From Spironucleus salmonicida (Eukaryota), in NCBI RefSeq assembly GCF_000497125.1, contig NC_090603.1:372001-436000 (forward strand): a DNA stretch of 64,000 bases, read 5' to 3'. Below, in pieces: positions 12,352-25,539 of this stretch. Under the pieces are notes generated by a model that had not been told where the DNA came from, made no database searches, and saw only the letters and a list, made by a program, of their open reading frames with translations. Positions within the stretch are counted from its first letter, which is position 1. Every line of letters begins with the position of its first letter. A program made the translations under genes and the position numbers.

Positions 12352-13345
12352 TTTTAAATAACTTGAAATTAACAAAAATAATTTATTAGTATATATAACA
12401 ATAAATGAAGAAAAAATTATTAAACTATAATTAAAAAATACATAATTTTTATATATACAAATCACAAATGTCCGGTTCAAGTATACGTGTTTATTTATTA
12501 TCATATACTAATAAATACTATATAGATTCTTCAAAAACTAAAAAATTTAACTTTACTTAAATATTTTCATTAATAAGACCTAAAAGTTGTATTTAATTCG
12601 TTAAAGAATTGATATTAATATAATCGTCATTAAGTTTAGCTGTTAAAACAAAGCTATGAAAAATTCAGCTAAATCGATTATAAACCGGGAAGATCAAGAC
12701 TTGGCGATAGTTCTCTTTTAAAATATAATTTTATTTTTGTTAAATTAATATTTAGTAGATTTTTGCATACAAAATATAATTGAGAATAATTAATAAGACT
12801 ATATAAATATAATAGTTAATTATGAATTATTTAACTATAAGTAAAGTTTTATAATAAATTAATTGTTATTATACATAAATTCATATATATTGCTTTCGAT
12901 AATTAATTTATTGATTTTACTCACATACCTTTATTTTAATATGTAAAATATATTCATTTTGTTTATATATGCAATAATATAACATTAACTATATATCCAT
13001 AGGTTACCTGAGAAATTTTTCAATAAAGTAATTCAAAATTTAATATATAATCATAATAATAAGATTTATTAATAAACTCAAATATAAATGATTTAATAGA
13101 TTTCATTTATTAAAGTAATTTATCTAATATCTAAAACAAAAGTTCATTTTTAAAACTATCCTTATTGATTATTAGTCTAAATAATATACGTTTTATCTTG
13201 TAATTTCATTTTATAAAATCAACAATAACTTAAGATTCTATTATACATAATGAATCAACAAATCTACAGTACTTTTCTGAAATTCCAGTATAATTATTTT
13301 ATAATATTATACTATAATACTTAAAGTACGTTTTATTAGTTTTTA

Positions 13346-13846
13346 ATGGACCATCAGCTGATAAACGATGAAATGATAGGCTCCTAGCTAAATCAGCTAT
13401 CGCAGCTTATATAGCAATTAGAAAGGTAGCAAGAAAATACATAAGCTGCAGGTATCGACTTGCTAACGCGAAAGTAGAAACTGGCACCAAAATGGACCAC
13501 CGAAGAAGACACAATTTTGTAGTAAATCGTAACGGCCTAGGGCCCAAAACGCTGGAGAACAATAGCTCAGTAAATCGCAATGCATACCAAGCAGCCCGAG
13601 CGGCAGCCGGACGCGGTCTCGCAGAGATGGTCGCGCGTCATCAACCCGCTAATCTGCAAGGACAGATGGTCGCAGCAGGAGGACCAGCACCTGATCAGGG
13701 CCGTGCAGGACTGCGGCCCGAAGCAGTGGAAGGACGTGGCCGAGAAGCTGCCGGGCCGGACGGACATCCAGGTCAGGTACAGGCTGCAGAAGCTGAAGGC
13801 GGATCTGGTAAGCAGGGGCACGCTGGCCGAGGAGTACCTCCCGTGA
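13346..13846 (+). CDS. two-repeat Myb DNA-binding protein (166 aa)
   Basis: KWTTEEDTILQQIVTAQGPKRWRTIAQ...QRWSRVINPLICKDRWSQQEDQHLIRAVQDCGPKQWKDVAEKLPGRTDIQVRYRL. Confidence 0.92.
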
Positions 13847-13857
13847 GCAACTCAAAA

Positions 13858-16146
13858 TCACTAATTGCACGCGCGCTTCAGCGCGACGACGTGGCGTGCG
13901 AGCGCGCCCTCGTCGGTCTCCACCAGGTACGCTGCAACCTCAGCGAGCGCTGCATCGGCGCGCCCCAGCAGCGTGCGGTGCCCCTACAGCCCCGCTACCG
14001 CGCGCTTCACCTCGGCGCGCAAGGCGTCGAAAAACGCCAGAAAATCGGCCCCCGCGGCATCGCGCACGCGCGCAACCGCCTCAGCGCAGACGAGAACGCC
14101 GGCCTGGAACGCGCCGCTCAGCGCGAGCCGCAGGCGCCAGAGCGCGAAGTTCGCGATGCGGTCGCGGCGCAGCGTCTGGCGCTTCAGCTTCAGCGCGAGC
14201 CGGTCAGCCTGGTGCACCCGGGACGCCAGCGGCATCAGGAGCCCGAAAGCGGCCAGCAACTCGGCCTGGACGGGCGAAATCACGCACGCCAGAAATTTCG
14301 AAAAAGGAGTGGAAAATCGAAATTGAATTGGAATCTCATTTGTCTCTAAAAACTCGGAAATAAGAAGTGAATTTTGGCAGAAATAGAAGTCCAGAAACGG
14401 CAAAAGCGACGCCAGAAAGTTCTGCTTTTGGCAAAACGTCCCGAGGCAGAAATTGAGGATTTCTCGCATTTTGCGAATTGGGATCGCGACAAATTCGACC
14501 AAAATCGCGTTGTTGAAGAAAAAATCTTGAGGCGTTAAAGCTGGGATTTCGATTCCAGGCGCAGAAATTTGAGTTTTTTGAATTGAATGAAAAGAAGCGG
14601 AAAAGGAGTGGAAAGTGGAAGGGAGGCCCATTTCATTTTCGATTTGGACGTGTTGTTTGGGGTCAAATTCTGTGGGAATGAGGTCAGAAATGTTCATTTC
14701 TTCGATTTCAGCAGATTACGAGTTTTGAGGATTTTGAATTTCACTTTGAATTTGATTTTCCACTCCTTTTTCGTTGTTTTCGTAATACAATTTTAAGAGA
14801 TGCGGTGCTGATTTCTTCAGAATTACGAGGAAATCTGCCTCGTTTTGACTGATTTTTTAATAAAACTCGCCCCGCATCTCCTCTATGAGGTCCAAAACGG
14901 TCTCTTTATCGCATTAAAACCCCAAAGAAATTTCGACTTTTTCTACCAAATTACGATCAAGTTTAAGATCAAAATTTTACAATCTATTATATATATTTTA
15001 ATTGTATAATAATGTGTTTTCTACGAGTTTTTACTTTTGAACCAACTGACAATTATCGAGCATTTCCTTGTAAATTTTTTGCTTTTAAAGCTCTTTTTAG
15101 CGCGAATTGAACGCTATTTCGTACTAATTTGCGTTAAAATTTATCGATTTTTCAAGTAAGTTTTGGAGTGAAAACTCAATATCTAAATCAAATGAATTTT
15201 TAATTTTTTCTTAGAGAAATTCCAAATTTGTAGAATTATATTAATATATGTTAATAATACTATTTAATATTTCCAAAAATGCCAACTTCAAATGCGACGA
15301 ATTTGTCAAAGAAGCCAAGAATACAAAATGATATGCGAGGTGGAACTGCTGGAAGATACTCACAAACATTGATTTGGAGTGTGCCTTTGTAAAAATTTCA
15401 CGCTCAAAAAGCGTGAATTTTGAGAACTCGTTCTCTACGTTTGAGGAATTTAATACTGCTTTTAAGCTGTTGATTTTCAAAATTAAAAATTACCGGAGGG
15501 AACTTTCTACTAGCTCTTATATACATTAAGATGTAATATCATTTATTCTACAGGTTTTTATGAGTTGGAGCGAAGATGCTATTATTATATCTAAATTAGT
15601 TAAATATGCAAGTTTCTTTCCGGTTTCTTGGAGTTGAATTATGTCTAAATATGAGAATTAGTCTGTAATGTGGGCGTGCTGAAGTGCTATGTATTTTGTG
15701 AATGTCGCTTGGACTAGAGGGTTGTAGGCTGTGAATGGCTAGAAAAATTTTGTTTCTATAAGGTTGTTGATTTAAAAATTTTTATAGAGATTTGTTTGGT
15801 TGTAGATAAGTTTCAATACTGTTGGCTGCGTAGATTTGTTTAAAAGAATAGATGAATCAGCTTGTTGAAGTTTAAAGGGTTTGTAAATTTTTATGCCTAA
15901 AATGACCTTTAGTAGGTTGAAAACTTCCAAATTATCAAAGTTTTCATGAGCTATGTCAGTGATAAGTTGCTCTATACGAGGGTTTTGCAATGGTAAAAAT
16001 GAAGCGACAAATTTTGTCTGCAGAGTATTGAAGTCAAAGTTTCTAATAGATTATGTGGGCTTACTGAACTATTTCTAATTCAGGAAATAGATGAAAGGTT
16101 CACTATTTTGCACTTTTAATAGTGCTAAAATTTTCTATTTCATCAT
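13858..16146 (-). CDS. hypothetical protein (762 aa)
   Basis: Same-frame ORFs 15772, 15241 and 13984 join via TAR; starts MMKQKILALL; ends TAG-TGA, convergent with the Myb gene. Confidence 0.75.
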
Positions 16147-16210
16147 TTTTAGGAAAGAACAAAAATTTATATATATTATATTATAAATATAATTTTTGTA
16201 AAAATGAATA

Positions 16211-16489
16211 TCATTATACCTATTTTTCTACTTCATTATTTACTATTTATTCCATGATAGTTTTCGATCTGCTCATAATTAATAGTTAATCTATTTATAG
16301 TTAAAGCATCATAAGTTGATTCTAAAGATCAAATATATATGACTTTTAAATATAGATGGATTCTGGTGTATTTATTTACTATGGAGTGCTATAGTTATAA
16401 GATAATTGTTTAGAAAAATTATAAGATACTGGTGATAAAGTGTCTTTTGAAAATTTTGGGGATAGTAACTCATGAAGATTTATATTCAT
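16211..16489 (-). CDS. small hypothetical protein (92 aa)
   Basis: MNINLHELLSPKFSKD...QLMMLQLQIDQLLIMSRSKTIMEQIVNNEVEKQVQ*. Confidence 0.55.
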
Positions 16490-16524
16490 TTTGTATAACC
16501 CTACAATAATTGAATTATTTCGAA

Positions 16525-18528
16525 TCACTCACTATAACTACTATCATCAGTACTTTGGGCTTGAATTTTTAAATTTAGCTTATTTGTGGAATTTTAAACC
16601 TTAGAAACATCCCTAACTATTTATTATCGTTCATGCTAGAATTATCGGAATATCGTTGATTATGGTTTTTCAAGAGTACGTAATGGTAAATATCTGGCAG
16701 TATTAGTTTATTAAGTACTTCCAGAACTAGAATTTTCTGAATTATCACTAATATTTGTCTATATTTAAAGAGGTTAAAATCTTGCAGTTAATGGAGGTTA
16801 GACTTATCCCTAATCCAAAATTTAATTTACAATTTTTTCTATAAGATGAGGATCTGAATCAGTTAAAGATGAAAATTCTTAATAATCGTTGATAATCGAT
16901 TATATATTAGAATTTTCAGTATCCTCTCCAAAATTAAGAATTAATTCTGGTAGTAATGCTATAGACGGTAGTTATTATTTGTCTAACTTATTATATTATG
17001 ATATAGATTATTACATGATATTGATTTGCTTTTGATTGTCTGAGTTATTTCCTAGTTTGATTGACATTTTCGTTTTATCTTTAGCCTAGAATCTTGAGAT
17101 TTTAGAAATTACAGATAGTGATGAGATTTCAGAAAAACTATCTTCTGAATCAGTAGAGTGCATGCTGACCTTATTTGATATGCATTCAGTGGGTAAAGTC
17201 TCATATGGTAGCATTGGAAGTTAAAATATGTTAAAGCTCTAATCAGATTCATCATCAGTAAATAATGCTGTTGAAAGAGATTCATTATTAATCTTATTAT
17301 CACCAAAAATAATACTTTCATATTCAACGTAAGTAAATTCAGACTACGTTTAATTTTTGTTAACATAAAACAATAGATGTGAAACTACAGAAACTTCTTT
17401 TTAACTATCATCTAATAAGAATACAGGGCTAATCAATTAAACGGAACTATTTTCTTCAGAATTTAGTTCAGTTATTACCTAAGGAAAAAGGTAACTTAAT
17501 AGTTTATTGTTATCATCCTCATAGAAATTCTTTTAAACAATAGTTGAACTTTCAGCCTCCTCGATATCATTAACCATCTTATTCATAATCATTTCTTGGT
17601 GATACATTAATTAATCCATGTTCATGATATTAGTTCCATCATAGTGTTCTTTAGCTTAAAAAAGAGCGGCTTCTAATTTATTAAAGAAAAGATATTTTAA
17701 TATGATTTGTTAAGTCCTTAGACTAAATTTTGATACAATTAATTACTTATTTAAATATAAAATTCCGTATAGTAAACATACTATGCTAATGGTTAGTAAA
17801 ATTGACCAAATGATAAAATATTGAGGAATAATTTTTATATCTATTTGTTATTCGTATGTGTCAATAATAAGTTACTTAACTACATAACCATGGCATGGAA
17901 CATGAAATTTTACAAACATAATCTTTGATTGTTTGGATTATGGGGCTAAAGATAATAATTATATGTATTTCTCATTATTTTCTAGTTCAATCTATGCATT
18001 ACTTAAAACAATTGAGTTATTAAATATATCTTTTATTACCAATGAGAATACTGTATACGGTGAAAAATGTAGAGGAATAACCTAATAATAAGCCTATTTT
18101 GGATATCTAGTAGATTTACTTCTATCTATCATGATATCTTTATATACAATAAAAATTGAATTCTAAACAGATCCTGCTATACTAAATTGATATTAAATTA
18201 CCCTTGGTAGCTTATTTGACTAGCATGTGAGAATACATGCAGTCTATCTTGTTTTAAAAATGTACATCAAATAGGAAGTATTGTATTTATTGCACGTATC
18301 TCCCTATGATATGATGAGGTTAAAGTCATCTTGATCTCCTTAAATCTCTACATTAGGGAACTGAGGCATCAGTCGTTAATTTAGTTCAAAACTAACATTT
18401 TGCATCAATTCATCAGGAGTAAAGGTACTAGCTTATCTATTAATACAAATCCATAGAGGAAGATCAATTTTATATGTAGGTTAAGTAATAAACTTGTCTC
18501 CAAAAATTTATAGCATTAGTGTTATCAT
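16525..18528 (-). CDS. single-pass transmembrane protein (667 aa)
   Basis: Frame traced line by line with no TGA; TM YFIIWSILLTISIVCLLYGILYL near 17755-17820; Ser-rich C-terminus; ends GAG-TGA. Confidence 0.8.
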
Positions 18529-18562
18529 TTTATGGATTACTAATTATTTTATAATAATACAT

Positions 18563-18814
18563 TCACTACTTAAGCCGTTTTATTTTCTTTAAATTTTACA
18601 TCAAACTAAAGGTCTGCTCAAGCGTCAGAACGATAACAAAGCATACCGTCAAAGCCAAGCAGATTCCATTTACAGCTTCAATAGAGTTTACTTAAATGCA
18701 CTTGTATATAGATTTTTTATTGAACACACATACTTAGTCACAATGTGATTAGCACCATGCTAAATCTTCTTTATTCACAGTTTTAGCGCTCGATAATAGA
18801 ACTGTCAAAAGCAT
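18563..18814 (-). CDS. small Cys-containing membrane protein (83 aa)
   Basis: MLLTVLLSSAK...WCQSHCDQVCVF...KC...GICLALTVCFVIVLTL...KKIKRLKQ*; ends TAG-TGA. Confidence 0.65.
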
Positions 18815-18869
18815 TTTTTTAAAATCTGTTTTGATTTCTTTCCTGAATATAATTATTATACAAATACTA

Positions 18870-21338
18870 TCACTTTTTAATTCTACCAACATTCCGCATC
18901 AACGGCGAACTCTACAACGTCCTCATCATTTTGTTCTGCTTTACAGACTTGATAGGAGATTTACAATTATAATACAGTGGCTCATCTGTAACTTGTCTAG
19001 TAAATGTGAGTGAAGCATTTTGGTTTATGGTGATAGATTCCTTACAATCATCATTTTCATTTCCAATTTTAGGTTCGTTTTCTACGTGTTATTTTAATCT
19101 ATTTTCACCCTCGCTTTTTGTTTCGTGTAGATATTTAAACTCTCCATCAGTAACTTTTTTGATATATTTAATAATATCTTTTTATGTGATTTAAGGAAGT
19201 TCTTTAACGACTTTCGGTTATTTTTTGATTTAAAAAATAGGTTACACCTCGATGTTAACGACTTCAATGATTTTCTTGATCTTTTTGACAGGCAAATTGG
19301 TGTATCTGAGCTCAAGATTTTCAGGCTCAGACGATAAGTCATTTTCATCTTAGTAATCAACCAAAACTCGACCTTTCTGCACAACTTAGAAAATTTATTT
19401 TTGTTGCTAAAATTTTAAGTTTTACTACTTTTTAAGCTCATACCTCTACCGCTCTATCTCTTTCTTTCGTTCATCTTCAGCTCTTTTTCTGGCTTCAAAT
19501 TGAATAATTTTCATTTTTAGCTCATCTTCTGCAGCCTACTAATACTTAACTTTGTCTCTGACTGATTTCATAGTATGGTCAAACGATTTAAGCTTATTCA
19601 GTGACTATAATTCGAGTTCTTTTAATCGTTGCTTTTCTATATTCTATTTTTCAAGCTTTTCTTGCTTAATTCGCTCATTTTCGATACGTTCGAGTTCCGC
19701 TTCCTCTTAAATTCGTTTTTCTAGCTCTAGCTAACGCACAAGTCGTTCAGCTTCCTCCCCCTCCTTCTTTTTACGACTTATTTCTTCTTATTATTGCTTT
19801 ATTATATCAGCATAGTAAACACTCTTCATTTTCAAAAACCCAGCACCGCACTTATCCGAACGCTACAAGACCTAATTTTCAGCCGCAATGTAGTTTTGCA
19901 CCTCATTTATCTGAAATTCTTAATTTTAAGCCTGAGAAAACGCGATTTCGTCCTAATTCAGCTCAATGCTGTCGTCTTTCTTGACAAAAAATATCAACTC
20001 GAGACGATCAAGTTTAACGATAAAATAGCCTTTTTGGCAGCCCAACTTGACCATTTCTTTGCTGATATTCACATTTTGCGTGAAAAATTATTCGCTTCGC
20101 AAGTAGCCGGAAACGTCGATTTTTATGCCGTTTTTAACGCTTTCGAGCAGTTTTTTCTGATTTCCAACAATTTTGACGATTTGGTTCGTGTTTCCGATGT
20201 TGATTTCCTGCAAAAAATTGCTGTTTTCCAGCAGCTTCACAATGGCCAAATTGCCAGTCCCGAGCTCGAATTCTTACTCGCCAAAATCGACTTCTTTCCT
20301 GACGTTGAAAATCAGGAAAGCGAAGTTTTCTGGAAACTTCAAAACGGAAAACGCCAAAACGGAATTGAAATTTTGCTGAAATTCTGCAAAACTTGAAAGG
20401 GGCGAAGTGAGTTAATTGAGGAGTGGAATTTCAAAATTAAAGTGAATTTGGCCTTAAAAAACGACAGTGTCTGAAAGCGACACTCTGGACTTCTTGATTA
20501 GCGTTTCGAAGGTCTCTGCGAGCTTTTGGAGCTTCTTGCTGTCCGATTGCGCGTTTAGCGTCACTTGTGTGTATTCTGGAAGATTGATTTCCTTTGTTTT
20601 AAATTGCGTTTGCTGGGCTAAAAACTAATAGAACACCTGTGATTAGTTTTTATTTTGCTCGAAAATATCGGCTAGGTTATTCTCAAGTTTGATGTAAATG
20701 TTTTTAAGCGTGAAAAACACGCCTTTTTTGTTGTCTGGAATCACCTAGATACGAGTGGAAAAAAGCGATAAAGACTAGAATTTGTAATTTAAAACGCACT
20801 TTAGAAGAAACTCTTTCGCAAATGGAATGTGAATATCATGCAGAATAAATTGCCCCTTGCTATTGATATTAACCGTTACTTTAAATTTTACTGACTGTAT
20901 TTCTACTGCTAAAAAATTAGTAAGTGAGAACGGTAAGATATCTGGCTCAAAATTGATAAATCGTATAAAATTATTATAATCTGGATTAATTATAGAAATA
21001 TCTAGCTAAATTTCTTGTTTATTACATTTAAAGATTAAAAATTATTCTTTCATAAAAGGTAGGAACTACGACTACCCTGTAAAAATAATAGGAGCCGCTG
21101 GCAATAGATCATTATCAACTTGTGTGATAGGTGTTATTTCAATTAAAAGAATAACATCCGTTTAATGGGCTTTGAATATTAAATTTTAAAAGAAGGATTT
21201 TTAATATGAAGTTACTGTCATAACTGGTGATTCATAAGTGATATTATCTCCAGCTATTAAGATTGATCGAATTTACAAATGCGATCCTTAAAACGCCATA
21301 GTATGCTTTAAATCAAAATTAATAGTTGCGACTTGCAT
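18870..21338 (-). CDS. hypothetical protein with charged coiled-coil region (822 aa)
   Basis: Starts MQVATINFDLK; Glu/Arg/Lys/Gln-rich segment at ~19400-19810; ends AAG-TGA. Confidence 0.75.
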
Positions 21339-22550
21339 TTAACTTGAAGAATAATATTATATAATATTATAAGAATTATTTTACCTGCTTTATAAACAAT
21401 TACAGTATACATTTTATATAAGAATGATATTAATTTCAATAAAATATATAAATTGTTGGTGTATATTAATTACGATTTAGTTTTACCTTTCTTGCTAAAT
21501 AGTAAGACTACCAATAATTATTCGTAATGATTTGCACCATAGTTTATGTAAATATCAATATTATTAATTTTATTAAATAATTGTGTGTGTATAGTATAAT
21601 TTTATTTATTTCTACTGGTAAGCATAATCATTAAATCATTGCATACCTTAATATTTACATTTTATATATAAACTTTTCATATTTTTAGTTCAAATATTAT
21701 TTATTATATACTAGTAATTACTATTTTGGGGTAATGTTATTTAAACATTTATGATAAACAACTAGGAAATTTGATTTGAACGACTAATTATAATATACAA
21801 GGTTATTATTAAAGATAGAATATTTTGAAAGAAATATAGATGAAGATCTCTGGACTTATTTAGATGCAATCGCGATTTATGTCGTTGATTATGAATAGTT
21901 GTTTAACTTAGTTAAAACAACGTCTTAAGTCTGTATTACCAGACTGATTATTTTAATTACTATAGTTAAAAACTAAAGTTATATAGTAAAACTAACACAT
22001 TTTAGGAATAAATAATAACAATAAATTATAAATATCATGAGTATTAAACATTTTGATCATCACTTTAGAAATTCTCATTCTAATTAACTACATAATATAT
22101 TATTTTATAAGTATTGTTTAAAATTTGTTCTTTTAATAAATTGAGAAATTGCTATTATTATTAATTGATACGTTTATATTTATAATAAGAATAAAACTTT
22201 GAACAATAAGTATTAAACAAAATATCTAATACATGCTAAAAAGTGTAGCTTGTAAAACTATAATATTCTTATTGCCCGGATATTTCGTTGTATTTAATTT
22301 TTTTAAAATAAATGATAATAATATAGTATATGAAATAGGGCATAGTTCATAAAATCACAATTAATTTCCATATTTGTTTAATTAAAAATCCCTATATTAA
22401 TTATTATAGTTTATAGATAATATTATGTCTATTTATCATTAAATAAATAGTTAATTTACCATAATAAGTAACTAAGATTCTTAAACAGAATTTAAAATCA
22501 AACTTATATTGCTATTTATCAATCAATATACTTTCGTTCTAAATCAAATA

Positions 22551-24728
22551 ATGAACAATAAAGATTTCTAAGTTTAAATAGAGTTAACTGCTGCCTATAT
22601 TGCTAAACATGCCCTTATTCAACCCAAAGTGGCTATAGTTCTTGGTTCTGGTCTTGGTACGTTCACAAATCATGCCTTTGATGCACCGCCGCAAATTTTT
22701 AACTATAAGGACATCCCCAACTTTCCTTAAACCTCCGTCCACGGACATCGTGGGGCGCTATTTGTAGGTATGATCAGATCTAAACCAGTAATTTGTTTCT
22801 CTGGCCGCTTCCACAGTTACGAGGGCCATGATAGCAGAATCCTTACGTTGCTCCCACGTATTGCTTCCTAGTTAGGATGTAAAGCGTTTATTCTCACCAA
22901 TGCTGCTGGTGGTACGCTTAAAGGCATGCAAACTGGTTGTCTAATGATCATAAAGCAACATAGCTCAACCGTACGCTTCAATCCTCTTTATGGATACGAG
23001 GGAGACTTTTCCATAGAAAGCACCAGTAATTTGAAGGAGTTCATCCAATAGCTCTCGTAGTCAACATACCCCATTACAGTAAGTTCTGACGACATTTACA
23101 GTGAGGAAATGCAGAGAATCGCTTAGGAAATCGTTACTAAGGACGAGTTTATCCAGAAAACTAAGTTCACCTTTTAGAATATCGAGAGGGAAATCGTTCT
23201 CCATTCTGGTATCTATTCCTGGAACTCTGGGCCGAACTATGAGTCCCATTCGGAGACAGCTTTTGCAGTGGATAATATTCCTGGAGCTGTGGGTATGAGC
23301 TCCGTTCACGAAGCTTTGATGGCTCGTGCATTAGGAATGCACGTTTTCGGAATGAGCATCATTACAAACTTAGCATCTGGGCTTAGCGATGAGGTAATTT
23401 GCCATGAGGATGTGCAAGTGATAGGAAGCAAAGTATCTCTCGCTGTTAACGAAGTTATTTTAGAAATTATTGAGAAAACGGATTTTGATTAACTCAAAAA
23501 GGTCGAAAAGCTGGTTGATGTAAAAAATAACAATAATGAGCTTGTTTAAGTCAATGAAAAGGCTCCCACTTAAGAAGAGGTTAAGACTTTCGCTAAGCAT
23601 TTCAAAAATATCAACAAAGTTGTAATGTATTCTGGAAGTAAATTTTAAACCTATTAACAGGACGACATTTTATTTGTATAAATAAGAAAATCAGAATCTA
23701 CTTTTAATATACTATCTGTTATTGATAGTTGTGTTTTACATAAAATAGACTAAATTTTAGTAGTAGATTAGTCACTTCCACTTGGTACTCAAATACACTG
23801 TTCTAATGTTATTAATTTAACAGGTAATCATGTGACTTTTTACGATCAGGCAACATAGTAGTAGAATTAGAAATCAAAAGTATTAGCAGTTTTTGATGGA
23901 ATTGAAGAACCGTCAACTAGTACTTATTTCAAAAATTTATAAAATTACGTTAAAGCAGATTTCCTAACCAACAAAGTTTCAGCACTCCCAGCAGTACATG
24001 CTCATCTTAGTGGTCTAGATCTTTTCTATGTATCAACTGACATGCTTCACTAAAAATTCATTAGCAACCATCCAGCTTCAGTTCAACGCCGCACTGATAT
24101 ACCTAAATTTAACCTTTTCAGTGTCAAATAGCCTAGTTATGAGGCAGCTGAAGCACTTTTTAAGACACTTCCACCATTTAAAAATGTCGTTATTTTAGAC
24201 TTTATTTCATCGAATTACACTGCAAATCTAGCAAAAATGATTAGCAAATCCACCAAACTTTCAGATAATTTATATATTGAGTCAGATATCCTTTACATTA
24301 CACTCCCAGCTCTTAACTAAAACAGTGATTTTGAATAGTAATCTGCTCTTTTGCGTATCCTTAAATTCGCATCCCCCAAAATAATCTATCTTTGCAATGC
24401 TGCTCACGGTGCATTTATCGTAAAAGACGTGATAAATTCCGCGGCAATCAACCCTCTTAGAGGTGAGAATGATGACAGATTTGGACCCCGCTTCCCAGAT
24501 TTAAGTGAAGTGAAGACTGCAACGAACTATCTGAATTTAGATAAGAAAGTTGCAGTTTTGACACTTGAACCATTCGTCAGATGTGCATGCAGAGAAGAAT
24601 TAGTCAGCGAGGGTGGTTGCATGGGAGTATTAGTGTTATGCTAGCAGAAAAGCAATTTTGACTGTGTAGTGGGAAGCATTGAAGTTTTAACCGAGGTCTT
24701 GAAAGAGTTTCTTGGCTTGAAAGAGTGA
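22551..24728 (+). CDS. PNP: purine nucleoside phosphorylase (trimeric NP-I type) fused to two degenerate PNP-like domains (725 aa)
   Basis: Domain 1 has AIVLGSGLG, YKDIPNFP, GHRG, GRFHSYEG, LTNAAGG, GPNYES, AVGMS, IITNLASG and HEDV. The frame continues ~410 aa to GAG-TGA and includes NVINLTGN and NAAHG...DVIN...NPLRGENDDRFGPRFPDLS. Confidence 0.92.
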
Positions 24729-24835
24729 GGAATTTAATAATCTTCAATATATTCAGTAAATAATAATTGAATAATTGTCACTTAGGAAATTTTGATTTGT
24801 TATTATCTGATAGGGTATGGATACAAATTTAATTG

Positions 24836-25315
24836 TCATTTAAAAGATTAAAGCTTTTTCAATTGAGTCATTTTTAAAATATTTGATGTGCTCTTATATC
24901 TAGGTTTTTTAGCCTAAACAATTGCTATTTCCTCTTACCGCACGCGCATATGAATAATTTCAAATCTTCTGGGAGAAAATGATATCAATCCCTCGTTACT
25001 TTCATCTACAGATGCAAGTTGAAGCTAATATTTGTATTTCTAAAAGTTGTTTAATATAAAGTTTACAGTATGTGTAGAATTATTGTCCTTAATAAATTTC
25101 TTAGAAAGTCTGTCTATTTCTACTAAATCTGGTTTAGAATTTGCATTTAAGAGAAATTGATTCTCTTCACAAAATCCCTTAAAATATATAATTTCTTATG
25201 CATGTTACCTACGCTTTTTAAGGGCCTAAGCTTTTACTTGCGCCTTTGCTATAAAGTTATCGCTTAGCATGTTAGGATTTTCAACGGATAAAATTGCTTG
25301 GTTTAATTACTTCAT
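24836..25315 (-). CDS. hypothetical protein (159 aa)
   Basis: MKQLNQAILSVENPNMLSD... open to AAA-TGA. Confidence 0.6.
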
Positions 25316-25539
25316 TTCTAAAAAAATACTTATTTGTATTTTATGATTTAATAATGATAAATAAAAAGTTTTTATTTCTAAAATTAATATTATATTTTAT
25401 ATACATAATATAAGATTAAAAGAAACAAAAGAAACTAGAAGAAACTTACTATAAACTAAAAAGTATTATTATGCATAGTATAATAAAATATAGATTATCA
25501 ACTAAAACTGAGAAAACTAAACTACAGAACTGTAAAAAC

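Noticed and set aside
19794-20396. 200-aa plus-strand ORF
   Set aside because: It is an antisense shadow within the minus-strand 18870-21338 gene.
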